Assembly (NCBI RefSeq): GCF_006345805.1
Contig: NC_042999.1
Location: 75,330,001-75,394,000 of the forward strand
Direction of reading: 5' to 3'
Origin: Octopus sinensis
Lineage: Eukaryota
Length of the DNA stretch: 64,000 bases
Shown: positions 16,952 through 30,310 of the stretch, piece after piece
Layout of the letters: each line of letters starts with the position of its first letter
Numbering within the stretch: position 1 is the first letter of the stretch
Notes under the pieces: model-generated
Seen by the model: only the letters and a program-made list of their open reading frames with translations
What the model was told of the DNA's origin: nothing
Database searches by the model: none
Program-made: the position numbers and the translations under genes

Positions 16952-17082
16952 TACACAATTTAGAGGACTGACCACTAAAGTGGACAGCCTATATGCTAAA
17001 CATAGACGTCAAATCGCCATTTGACGATATCTTTAGCATATAGGCTGCTCACTTTAGTGGTCAGTCCTCTAAATTTTGTGTA
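16952..17082. repeat. Near-perfect 131-bp foldback palindrome
   Basis: Arms tacacaatttagaggactgaccactaaagtg.. / ..cactttagtggtcagtcctctaaattttgtgta; 4-nt loop cgcc at 17015-17018. Confidence 0.9.
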
Positions 17083-17126
17083 TATACATACACATACACA
17101 CACACACACAGACATATATATTTATA

Positions 17127-17295
<169 letters not shown>

Positions 17296-17462
17296 CATGC
17301 ACAGCGTGGCTGTGTGGTAAGACGCTTGCTTTCCAACCAGATGGTTCCGGGTTCATTCCCACTGCGTGGCACCTTAGGCAAGTATCTTCTGCTATAGCCT
17401 CGAGGCGACCAAAGCCTTGCGAGTGGATCTGGTAGACAAAAACTTAAAGAAGCCCGTCGCGC
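17296..17462 (+). mobile_element. SINE family A, 5' half
   Basis: gtggctgtgtggtaag..ggttcattccc..ccttaggcaagtatc..aaagaagcccgtc. Confidence 0.85.
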
Positions 17463-17879
17463 ACACACACGCACATATATTCTGTGTAAATCATAAGGGT
17501 AAACATTTAGAATAATTTATTACCAGTGGTTTTGCATGCGTAATAAAAGTCATAAGACAACATATTTTCATATATAAGAGTGTATAGAGATATATACAAA
17601 AAGAGAAGACCCATGACAGGACTTCTTATATGCTAAAAAGGGCAGTTAAACCAAATCACGAGGAAATAATTCTAAAGGCACGCCAATAATGTCACAAGAA
17701 TGAAAGGAATTTTTAATTTTAGTTAATCACGAATAAGGAATTAACTAAAAATAATAATCCTTTTCATTCTAGTACCATTATCGGCCAGGCTATCAGATGT
17801 TGCTACACATCGCTGGTCACAATGCGTTTCGCATTGTTTTAACCTTTAAATGACGCCACCCCGCTGGCTAAGCGAACAG

Positions 17880-17948
<69 letters not shown>

Positions 17949-17977
17949 GTATATATATATATGTTATATATACACGC

Positions 17978-18034
<57 letters not shown>

Positions 18035-18405
18035 ACATACACGCCTCATACCGTAATGGGACTCTAATGTCAAACTACTTCAATAAATATACACAGGCAC
18101 CGAAATTGAGGAAAATGAACATAAAGTTCCTTTAAAAAAGGTTTAGTGGTTTCGTCGTATATCAGTAATGATTTGATGGTCAGCATGTATAATATGCTCT
18201 CCAATCATCAGTGCGAACATAACCAGAAAATATGAATATAAACATCTCCACATACCAAGCGAACAACAACGTATCCAGCAGAGCATATACAAATGTTCAC
18301 ATTTATATGCCCACGAAAGGGTGCTTCTCATGTTCATCTCGACCGCACGAGTATAATCGGAACAATTCAGCACTGGATATGTTCCGGTTGAATTTTTAAA
18401 TAAAA

Positions 18406-18624
18406 TATAAGGATAAAATCTATATAAAATTTATCAAGTAGCCAGCATGGAAAACGAATTAAAGGAAAAATTAATACAAAGTAAGGCGTTACTTATAGTA
18501 ATAGCCCTTGATATAATAATGTATTTTATATTTAAGAAAAAATTATATACTTCGTATTAATTTTTTCCTGTATTGGTTTTCCACGCTGGCTACTTGATAA
18601 ATCTTATATAGTTTTATACTTATA
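18406..18624. repeat. Inverted repeat, ~77-bp arms, 64-bp spacer (MITE-like)
   Basis: atttatcaagtagccagcatggaaaac / gttttccacgctggctacttgataaat. Confidence 0.85.
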
Positions 18625-18681
18625 TTTTATATATATTATATATATAAATATATATATGTATATATATATATATATTATATA

Positions 18682-18754
<73 letters not shown>

Positions 18755-18761
<7 letters not shown>

Positions 18762-18975
18762 GTCTGTGTTTGTCCCCCATACCATCGTTTGACAACCGAT
18801 GTTGGTGTGTTTACGTCCCCGTAACTTAGCAGTTCGGCAAAAAAAAAACCGATTGAATAAGTACTTGGTTTACAAAGAATAAATCCTGGGGGGGGGGGTC
18901 GATGTTTTCGACTAAATGCAGTGTTCTTGCATGGCCGCACTCAAATGAATGAAACAAGTAAAAGAATAAAAGAAC
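18755..18975 (+). mobile_element. SINE family A, 3' half
   Basis: ttgacaaccgatgttggtgtgtttacgtccccgtaacttagcagttcggc. Confidence 0.85.
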
Positions 18976-19007
18976 AAAAGAATATATTTACACACACGCA
19001 TGCATAC

Positions 19008-19069
<62 letters not shown>

Positions 19070-19082
19070 ACGCACACACACA

Positions 19083-19300
19083 TGTAAGGTGCTGAAAAGT
19101 TTCTGTCTTTGGGTGAAAGAAAATACAGGAGGATCAGTTAATTATGATTTTATTCAACGTACTCCTCTCTCAGATTCCCACGCTTATTGCAGCGGTCCTT
19201 CACGTTTTCTAAGCTTTGTAAAAGAGCTCGGAAGGTTGGGCCTCCAACCAGGTCTTTCTCGATACCCTTAAAACCAGAAACTTTTCAGCCCCCCCCCTAG
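19083..19300. mobile_element. mariner-type MITE, second copy
   Basis: TIR gtgctgaaaagtttc ... gaaacttttcagccc; internal sequence matches 15194-15414. Confidence 0.75.
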
Positions 19301-19348
19301 TGTGTATGTGTATGTACGTATGTATGTATATTCATACATACATACATC

Positions 19349-19393
<45 letters not shown>

Positions 19394-19397
<4 letters not shown>

Positions 19398-19800
19398 GTT
19401 AATAAAATAGAACATATGCATATATATAAACATATATGTACGTACCTACCTCTACATGTACATATACACGCATATATGTGTACAGGACACCAAAAAGACG
19501 TCGAACACATAGAGAGACGAAAAACATAGACACAAACCAAGGAACAAGACAAGCAAAAAAAAGAGAGATACAGGACAATAAGCACAACGAAAAATCCCCT
19601 TCTTCAGTCGCTAAGGTTTCATCTACTAAACGTTTCGAAGGATAAAAGCGAGACGTATACTTCGAAGAAAACTTCCTTCCCGCGAAAAGCAAATCAATTA
19701 AAATTCTGAGATCTTTTCGCAGAGGGGTAAAAAAAAGCAAGACGGTAACGACAGTACAAACATATAAACAGTAAAAAATATATATATAAACAGTGGAAAA
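19394..19800 (-). mobile_element. Dispersed repeat, putative Penelope-like terminal-repeat fragment (family P1)
   Basis: Homologous to 62945-63365 (tttacccctctgcga..ccttcgaaac..ctga(a/t)gaaggggattttt..ggtgtcctgtac..gtacgtacatatatgttt). Classification is inference from hammerhead-like core words. Confidence 0.45.
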
Positions 19801-20282
19801 ATAAATATATAACAGTGAGAGACAGGACAAGGAGAACAAGATAAGAAGGGCTGTTAACGCCAGACGAAAAAAGTATTGCAAACGCTGGATTATCGTGGAC
19901 GACGAGAGAGAGAAAATGTATCGACCAGTAGCCTTAGAAGGCGGGCGAGAAAAGACAGGATAGCAGTTACGACGGAAGTATCGTCGCAGATGGACGACGG
20001 GAATGGGGGAGGAGGAGCAAGAGGAAGAGAGAGAAGAAGGGGAATGGTGCGAGGAGACCATGAAGAATGGTGAAAGGGAGAGAGAGAATGAAGAATGAGA
20101 GAGAGAGGAAGAGACAAGTTAAGTGAGGGAAAAAAAACGACGAAAAAGGGAATGGGAGAGAAAGAAAGAAAGATGCAGAGTCGCGTGAGAGTTAATATCA
20201 AGGCTAACTTGATAAACAGAACAATCTTACTTAATAGGGTGCGTGCGTTTAGTCGTATAATATGTTAATAAAATAGAACATA

Positions 20283-20660
<378 letters not shown>

Positions 20661-20736
20661 AAATATATATATTTACTTATTTATATACTCTGTTGTATCT
20701 GGGAGAGTCATTCGCCTTTAGTGCCTTGTAATTTAA

Positions 20737-21130
20737 AACACTCACCGGTAAAATTTCCATTCATTTACTTATTTATTTTTCTAAAATTTTCATTGCATCT
20801 TGTATCCTTTTCAATAGTTGTGATTCTACAAAAACGGAAACAGTGAATTAGGAACTGAGAATACGGACAAGTAAATAGGCAGCCCACAGAACTATGTCCA
20901 GACCATGTAACAATACATCAGTAGCATAAGAGAAGTTGCACCAAGGAACGTGAAAGAGTGGAAAACTCCTCAATGCACACATGGGAATGTGATGCAACAT
21001 ACTCCAACTTAAGAAACGGACTGCGCACAATTTCAAAAGGGAGTCAACAACTATTGTAAAGGTTGCAAGACGCAACGAAAATTTTAGAAAAATAAGAAGT
21101 AAAAGAGTGGAAATTTTACCGGTGAGCATG
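20737..21130. mobile_element. piggyBac-like MITE (394 bp, ~90-bp TIRs, TTAA TSD)
   Basis: ttaa|aacactcaccggtaaaatttcca...caatagttgt and acaactattg...tggaaattttaccggtgagcatg|ttaa. TTAA at 20733-20736 and 21131-21134. Confidence 0.75.
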
Positions 21131-21442
21131 TTAAATTATAAGTCACCAAAAGAGAATGCCCCTCCCCCCACACAACAAAATATGCTTCAACACACGAACT
21201 CACTTAAAGAATCTTTCAAACCAAATCCCAAAACGAGACATTTTATTTCACCTTGCTCCAGTTCACTCAGCTGTAGAAATGAGTTGCGACATCACTGGTG
21301 CCTTTCCCTTGGATAACGTCAGTGGTGTGGAGAGGGGAGGCTAGTATGCATGGGCGACTGCTAGCCTTCCACAAACAATTTTGCCCTGACTTGTTCCTCT
21401 AGGTGTAATCTCATGGTCATTCATGACCGAAGGGGGTCTCCT

Positions 21443-21494
<52 letters not shown>

Positions 21495-21526
21495 ACACAC
21501 ACGCACACACACACACACACACACAC

Positions 21527-21558
<32 letters not shown>

Positions 21559-24102
21559 CACACACACACAGAAACACACTATGTGTTACCAAAAAAGGAA
21601 AACTATAATTGTCACTAAATATGACTAGGGTGCTGGAACACCTTAATAGAAATGAGAGCTAAAAGGTCTAATGCTGTAGTTTAATCACATAATTGTATAC
21701 ATAAGTACTGGCAAGGACTGTAATCGCCAGAAAACACTGGTCGAGAATTCTCTATACTGATTGGGGAGTTTCGGCTAATTCCATAGCCTCATCTGTAGGG
21801 ACCGCTCAATCCTGCTGATCCCGGACTTAATATTCTGTCACCATAAAAATCTATGGATGATTTAGCTATGAATACAAAAAATGAATATAGATAGCTGTAT
21901 GCAATGTGTTACCAAAAAGACAAAAAAAAAGTAATTGTCACCATGTATAAATAGGGTGTTAGAACATCTGCATTGCTAGAAATAAGCTCTAATGCTGCAG
22001 TTGGAACAACATTCTAGCATGTGGCATCGGATTGCGTTTTGATTTACGTCTCTAGATAAATCTCCTTCATCATTCAGTTCTCTATTAATCGGCAAATACA
22101 GTCAATTGTCAAACATTGCGAACTACAGAAACTTGATGTGAGTGCAACGATTTTCAGGTGGTAACTTGATGTTGAGGTTAATAAACTAAACAACCACTTT
22201 TGAATGACTTTCATCTCGTAGATTCTGGAAGTTTTTCAAAAGTTCTTGGCTGCATAGTACTACTTCAGAATGTATTCCTTCGGTACAACCGTTCTGTCAG
22301 TTGCGCATATCCGAAATATTCGGAGAGTACTGAGAGCGTTCTCGTTCAGATTTCAAATATTACTGACTTGTGGAGTTATGTCGAATAGCTGCTACCACAA
22401 GTACTATGAAACTGGCCGTTCGCAGTATCCATCGAAAAGGTTTTCCACTCGTCTTCATCTATTCCTCAAGTAAGGAGAGGATGCCTATTTTCCTTATTTT
22501 TCTGTAGTGGTTGCTGTAAGACAAAATGGAGGTAAAAATGATTGAAGAAATTTAGACACGGATTCTTCTCACAGCTTGTTTAAGTATCACTTAAAGACAA
22601 AGACAAGGGTGGAGTGTGAAATCTTGCCCCACCCCCACGAACTATAATAACTGAAAGGTGAATGATAGTGGTATTTCCAGGATGAGTGGGCATGTTCTCA
22701 ATATGTAATAGTAAGTCGAGTTCTGAAAAGTGGAAAAGGGCATTTGCACTTGATAGTGGATGCAGTCAGATTTGCACAGGATTCCCAGATTGGTATTTAT
22801 CTGCCTTTCGGAATATGTATATTTCATATGATCTCATTAATCTATTTGTATTCTTTTTTTCTGATTTTATATCACATTCTATGTAAACACCCACCACCAC
22901 ACCATCGTTATTTGTCCTTGTACTATCTCCGGCCAGTCTATCATGTGCAAGTAATATAAAAGATTATTATTAGTTCAGTGTAAAGCAGAATCGGTAATGA
23001 ACCGGGAAAAATATTTAAAGTGTTTGCTTGCACATTTCTACGTTTTGCACTCAATTCCCGACAACCATCACCACCTCCACCGCCAAGTTAACTGTGTGTC
23101 TCATTATTTCAGAGGTCAGTAAAATCAATTGACTGCGTCACCTCACTTCCCCACATAAAAAAAAAAATTATTGCTTTGCGCTTATGTAGGAGCGGCATGT
23201 ATGACAATCTATACAGCGATAGAAAAATAACTTGCAGTATTTACCTGTGGTTACTTACTTCCCGGGGTTAAATCCTGCAGTGGTTGTCTTAGTTTTTCAT
23301 ATTTTCAGAATTAATATAATGAAGTACCAGTCAAACAGAACGGATTAAATTGACTAGAGCCTCCGTCCTATTATACAGCTTCGTGCCTACGTAAAAATAT
23401 GAAATGAACGAATAATTGATTTGGAGAGTGAGGAATTAATTATACCAGATTCTTGGCAATATCTTCTAACTACTTTTAGGTTTTTAATTATCTATAACTT
23501 CAAGTAATTTCACATGTACACACAATAAGCTAGTTCGGCGCTACTGGTTTTGTTCTTATTCAATCACCTATGTATAACATATGTATCCTTAAATCCTTAA
23601 ATCCTTAAAAATGTGTCAGCCCGAAAGCTGCGGCCATGCTGGGGCACCACCATTGAATGTGCTACACTAGTTTGTGAAACCATCTCTGATACGTCGCACT
23701 TGGTCAACAAGGGAGTTCGACGCTGCTGCCCGCATCTGGTGTTTCCTGCCGAGAGGTAGGTTTATCTGGAACCCCTGACAAGAAGAGATCCTGTTTAGTT
23801 TTAAAGAAACCCTACATACATACATTATATACATACATACATACATACATGCATACATACATACATACACACATACATACATACATACACACACATACAT
23901 ACATGCATGTGTGTCCATGAATATGTGTGCGTGTGTTTGGCTAAGGTACAAAATCTATTAACGAATATATTAGTAACTGAGAAATGTGCACTTTACAGAG
24001 CTCTCGCTTTCAGTCACACATCTCTAAAACACATGCATGCATAGACATATCACTTACACAGATACGTGTATGTATGAGTATACACACAAACACATATAGT
24101 AC

Positions 24103-24140
<38 letters not shown>

Positions 24141-24612
24141 CCTATGTTATGTTTGTATGTTTTATGTGTGCGCGTATGAGTGTGGGTGTGTGTGTGAATG
24201 TGTGTGTGGATATATACAGACACACACACGCTCATATACATCCAGATTTATACAAATTGTACTACTGTGAGAAAAATTTAGAATGCAGAAACTTAGGTTA
24301 GATAAATAGAGGGATTTATTGTGTCAAACTACGTTCGAAATATACTCTGTGGTTGCTTTTGTCAGTCTGTTTGTGATTGGTATCTTTGATATAAAATTGT
24401 GTATATATGTATGCATTTATATACGTACGTACGTGTATATATTTACAATCTTTTATTTCTTCTTCATTTTTATTTGAAACACAGATACTCATTCCCTTTT
24501 TCTCTCTTACTTTCACTCACTCTATATCACTTTCATTTTTTTTCATTTTCTTCCCTAGCTTCTCTTCCTCTCTCTGCATATGTGCGTGAGTGAGTATGGG
24601 TATGTGTGTGCA

Positions 24613-24650
<38 letters not shown>

Positions 24651-25499
24651 TGTATTTGTAGTGTTTACTAAACTAAAGTATATTTATTGGATTTTAATTC
24701 CTGATGTAAATTTGTAATTTACTGCAACATTCTGTCGGCTATAATCGCTTCCCCTTCACAATAAAATGCACGTGTTCACGTGACTTCATACAACCTTGCA
24801 GGGTTATACATCTTCGATGTTCTTACTATGAAATTCTCTACTATCGACTCTGGCTTTCACTGAGATGGTGAGTTAGCTACAGCAAAATAGCAGTAATGGT
24901 CACATTTTAGAAAATTAAGAAAGGATGTTATCTACGTTTTCAGCACTTTATAATTTTTTTCAATTAACTTGTGTAAACCATCCAGGTAGTCTAAATGAAA
25001 GACTCTCCTATATTAACAAAAGATCATGCCAACCTCCATAGTTTTAAAAACCTCCGAACAATTTTTAACCTGGTTTCTAAGAAGGCATTCTCTTACTACA
25101 ATAACGTTTTACTAGCTAAAAGATTTAAAGAGAAAGTCATCTACTGATCTTCCTCTCTCTCAGCCTCATAAACAAAAAGAGGCGCCATAATGTTGTATGG
25201 TTCGCATAACTCATTTCACTCAAAATTAAATCTATATAGCCGCATTTTAAACTAGAGAAGTCTTGCATAGTTTCACTGTTCCCAAACAACGATATCTGGC
25301 CTGTTAACGTTTACACCTGATAGATGTTTTGATGGGAATGTTCCACTAGTATTCCTTGTGTTGAGGTTGTGTATGTTCAGTTCTATATTTAAGAGATGAG
25401 GAATTATGTACATTATTTATATTATTTACATTATTTACATTCGACGGACAAATTATGTACATAATTTACAAATATTTACATTATTTATATTCGACGGAC

Positions 25500-26510
25500 A
25501 AAGATGAGGACAAATATCCGTCGAATGTAAATAATGTTTGTGTATGTATTCAATAATAAGGGGATTCTCTATATTTATTTTAGGGCAGTTTTTCCCCCCG
25601 AATGACATCGTATATTGTATTTGCGGCAACATCGTGTCGCATAGTGAGATAGTACCTTGATGACATTTTTGGGCAGCGTGATGTCTTCCAGAGAACATGG
25701 CATAATCTACATTTTCGGTCGTATCTTGGTGTTTTAAGGGCTTCATTGTCCCTTTTGTTTATTAGATATTTCGTAGCAATCTCCTGTTCTTGCATTGCAA
25801 ATGCATGCCTTTCGAAGTGTGATGTGATGCTGTGGTCATGAGTTCGAAAGAGGAAGCACTTCATGTCGATATTACTTTCTTCTTGTTATCTTCGGGAACA
25901 TACCCATGCATAGTCATTTTTCTTTTGGTTTGCAAAGCGCTTCACATCAACGTCTTCTTTCAAGTCTGGCTGTTTACGGAGGCCATCAGAAAGCGAGTGC
26001 TTCATAAGGAGCTCGCTGCCAACACGTTTGATATCGTTTTCTTCACTTTTCAACACTAAATTAATGTTTTTACTTTTACTGCTGTTGTTTAGCAAGTGCT
26101 GTCTGAGAGAGACTACGACATTCAAAGGCTGCCTGTACAGATCTCAAACCTCTGCCTCCTTCATCTCTTCTTAGGTAGAGCCTGTCGATATCACTATTTA
26201 TGAGGTGGGTTCCTGTTGATGTCAGTATCTTGTGGGTTTTAACATCTATGGAGTGGATTTCCTCTACAGACCAGTTAAGCATCTCAAATATTGGAATCAG
26301 TACTGGTACTGAAAATGCATTGAGGGATATTGTCTTCTTGTAAGAGGAGTGCTTCAATTGCCGTATTTTTTGGCATAATATTCTTGAGTCACTCTATCTT
26401 TATTCACTGTACCCGCGTATGATATGTTTTCATCTATGCTTAAGTACTTGTAGCCTTCTTTGAGTGGGACAAGAGAGATAGTAAAGTTATTAATGCACAG
26501 GTTTGGGGTC
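25500..26510 (-). mobile_element. R4/Dong-like retrotransposon fragment, degenerate
   Basis: LKEGYKYL, AINA-like NAFSVPVL, DIDRLYLRRDEGGRGL, QEQEIATKYLI, KCRLC..CPKMSSRYYLTMRHD. Confidence 0.8.
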
Positions 26511-27941
26511 TGGGAAACAGATTTTTCCCTGTTCAACAAGCATATGTGAACAGTTCTTTGTATGTATGTATGTATGTATGTATGTATGTATGTATGTACG
26601 TACGTACGTACGTACCTATCCACGCACGCACGCACATACATATATGTAAGCATACGTGTGCATCTGAATGTGTAGTAATTTCGCTATATTCATTCATATG
26701 TACCCAACATATAGACACGCACAGCACCTCCCTCTTCATTCCCACGAAGTCGGCTTGACCAGAGAGGAAAATTCAGTTATGAAATTTCTCAATCGCATTT
26801 ACCACCCAACTTCCTTCGCCATAGCCACTGGTTTGAAGAAAACGATTTGCCCTCTCTTACCAAAAGGACTGTAGAAGATCGATTTTTAAGACACTCATCT
26901 GATAGCGGTATAAATCCTACATATGATACTAGCTATTTGACACAAGCCTACAAATCAGTAGTATCCGAACACTCAGAGAAAGCTTGCAAAGCAGTTTCGT
27001 TTTTTCTCTGCGCATCATTGACAGGCTCAGCTGTAGATTTTGTCCTGACTAGATAGTATTATGCTGTATTCCTACCAAGCAAATGTCATTTAAACTTCCA
27101 GACGTTACTATGCATACATAACACCAGAAAATGCAGGGACTGATTTTCCATCAAGCGAATAATAATGAATTTAAACATAGGTAAAATGCCTTAAATTTGG
27201 GGAGATATTTATAGCCAAATAATTTGACTCCAGTTCACGACAAGAATATTTTTACCGATGATGATAATAATGATGATAATGTTGATGGTGATGATTATGA
27301 GGCAGAGAAAGAGGAAAAAGTGGAGGAAAAGGAGGAGTATGATAATTTTTTTATCATGATCATAATAGCAGCGCTGCAAAGAGTATTGGTGCTTGGTAAT
27401 TCAGAACAACACCGACAACAACGATAATGGTACCGGTAATGATGACATGAGGTGTAAATATAAATGCAATAAAATGAATATAAATAGAAAAAGGTCGAAA
27501 ATTAAAATAAGAATAAGGCTTATTAAACTTGAAATAGATTTACGTTACTAATTATTATTCTTTGTTCATGCATCGACGTTTCTTGTTTGTCTTTCATTTC
27601 TTTTAAAAATTGATCATAACAAGAAAAGATATATTACTTAATAAACCCATTTGCATATCTCTTTCATATATCTTTTTGAAATTAGAGTTCTAATGGTATC
27701 TCTACGCATTTTATCTTGTACTTACTAACAACATAAGAAACAAAAGACAACAGAAAGCGTAATGAAAACAACACAAGTCTGAAGGAAAATCAAGATATTA
27801 AAGAAATAAAGGAAATTAGACATTAAGCTTCCTCTTTTATTTTTACAGTTTTCCGTTCATTTTCGTCTGTCATATAAATTTGTTTTACTACCAGTCAAGT
27901 TCAACGTAATACTTGCCTTGCAGACTAGATACGAAGGTCCA

Positions 27942-27991
<50 letters not shown>

Positions 27992-28303
27992 CACATACAC
28001 ACACATACACACGCACGAACATATATATATGTGTGTATACATATAAGGGTATGAATGTATTGAAGTAGCTACGGTGAAGCGTAAATCTCAGATTTAGCAG
28101 CGTAGACATGCTAAAAGTAGAGTATTATGCTCCAGTATACAATTATACGGAAATGACACTCATACTGTATCCCATAACATGAAAGTAAATGAAATAGACA
28201 AACTCAGAAAAACAGTAATCAGGGTAAGTTATGATGTGAACCTAGTATTTACAAGAAAACTTAAATATTTTAAACTATGTATGTATGTATGCATGTATGA
28301 TCC

Positions 28304-28423
<120 letters not shown>

Positions 28424-29433
28424 GTGTATCATTTAAATAATGAGGGAGATAAATCGAATATTAATTTAATTAATATCAATTTAAAACCAGTAGCCTAGCA
28501 TACAAAAATCTGAAAAATCAGAGAAAATTCTAATACATGTGTATATTAAGGGCTAAAAACCACTATCTGTGTATCTATCAAATAGTACATCAAATAAGCA
28601 AATGTCTCAAAATTTCCATACATTAAAACATGACCTTAGTAAGAAGAGGTTTCAAATACAAGCTGAGATATATATAGAATACCTATACCACACTCCAAAG
28701 AGGATGATGATATAGTATGACACTTTATAGTATGACAGAGTAAAAAACACTGAGGTACGTCTAATATGAACAGATACCTAAATAATATCTGTGTAGCAGC
28801 ATAAGCTTACAATAAAAAATCTAACAACACTGCAGAATCGTAACAGCCTAAATCCAACTGGAAAATGCCTGTTGTTGGTACTGGTGTATGGAACTGAAAA
28901 GAAATGCAGCTGAAATACCTTGTATATAGGTTTAACAGAAAACACTTTGAAAACCCGATATACACAACATATTCATTTCTTTAAATCCAAGAACAAAAGC
29001 AACCCTACGTCACTCTCATAATATATAAGGAATTCTAAAGATATAGAGTAGAAGATGCGACCATAAAGTAGAACATGATAGAAAAAGCCACATGTCTCAA
29101 AAGAAAAGCAGACTGTGCAACTTATGTATGCTCGTAAAGTATTGATTCTGATTTTACTTGCCAGTGTCCTGAATAGCGAAGACGAAATTATTTTCATATA
29201 TTTTCACAAAATACAATTCAGTTTTTCATCCTACACACCTGTCTTTATAGTGGATGCTTTCAAACTACAAACTGGTTCAATATCAGGTTAACTGAAATTT
29301 TGCAGATATGTGTGAGTTTCACTAAAAGTAATAAATGGAATTTCAATGGTATCTTTAGAGATTCTTACCCACAGGAACACACACGCAGTGCTTTCCCTTC
29401 ACATACATACATACATACATTTTATATATATAT

Positions 29434-29574
29434 ATCGTGAAGTATATTTGCCACTTAAATATGGCTACCCCTAAGGGTGGATGCTACTGTAGCTCGTAGC
29501 TCCAGGGCCTACAAGCTACAGCAGCATCCACCCTTAGGGGTAGCCACATTTAAGTGGCAAATATACTTCATGAT
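29434..29574. repeat. 141-bp foldback palindrome, 66-bp arms, 9-nt loop
   Basis: Arms 29434-29499 and 29509-29574 differ at four positions, all transitions. Confidence 0.92.
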
Positions 29575-29674
29575 GTCGTGCAGCTACTGTTTATACCTCG
29601 TTCAGAGATTAATTATTGATATATATATATATACATATACATACATATACATATATGTATATATGTATATATGT

Positions 29675-29759
<85 letters not shown>

Positions 29760-30122
29760 CATATAAAAATAGTACGCCAGACATTTTAGGCAAGCATATC
29801 TTTGAAAGAATTATAAAAGCATAATAATCATATACGGCTGCAGTAGTCTTAATGTATTTCTGTTCACAGATTAGCAATATAGAATACATTTTTTTGTTAT
29901 ATAATGCAGTTACTTCCACAAATATATCTAAGTTTAAGAAAACATAAAGCAATTGTCATATAAAATACAGTTCTTTCTGGTAAAATTTCTTAAATTTAAG
30001 AATACATAAATTACATTTATTATTTCCGCACTAACTTTCCAAGTTTAAAAGTAAATAAAATGCACTTTTATTTCTAAACCTCGTTCTAAGTTTAAGAACA
30101 CATACATACATACATACCTAGA

Positions 30123-30153
<31 letters not shown>

Positions 30154-30189
30154 GTACATATATGTGTGCGTATGATATATGTCTGTCTG

Positions 30190-30226
<37 letters not shown>

Positions 30227-30243
30227 TTCACTCTCTCTCTCTC

Positions 30244-30310
<67 letters not shown>

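Noticed and set aside
24769-24782. Tandem CACGTG E-boxes
   Set aside because: Two 6-mers without conservation or promoter context are insufficient.
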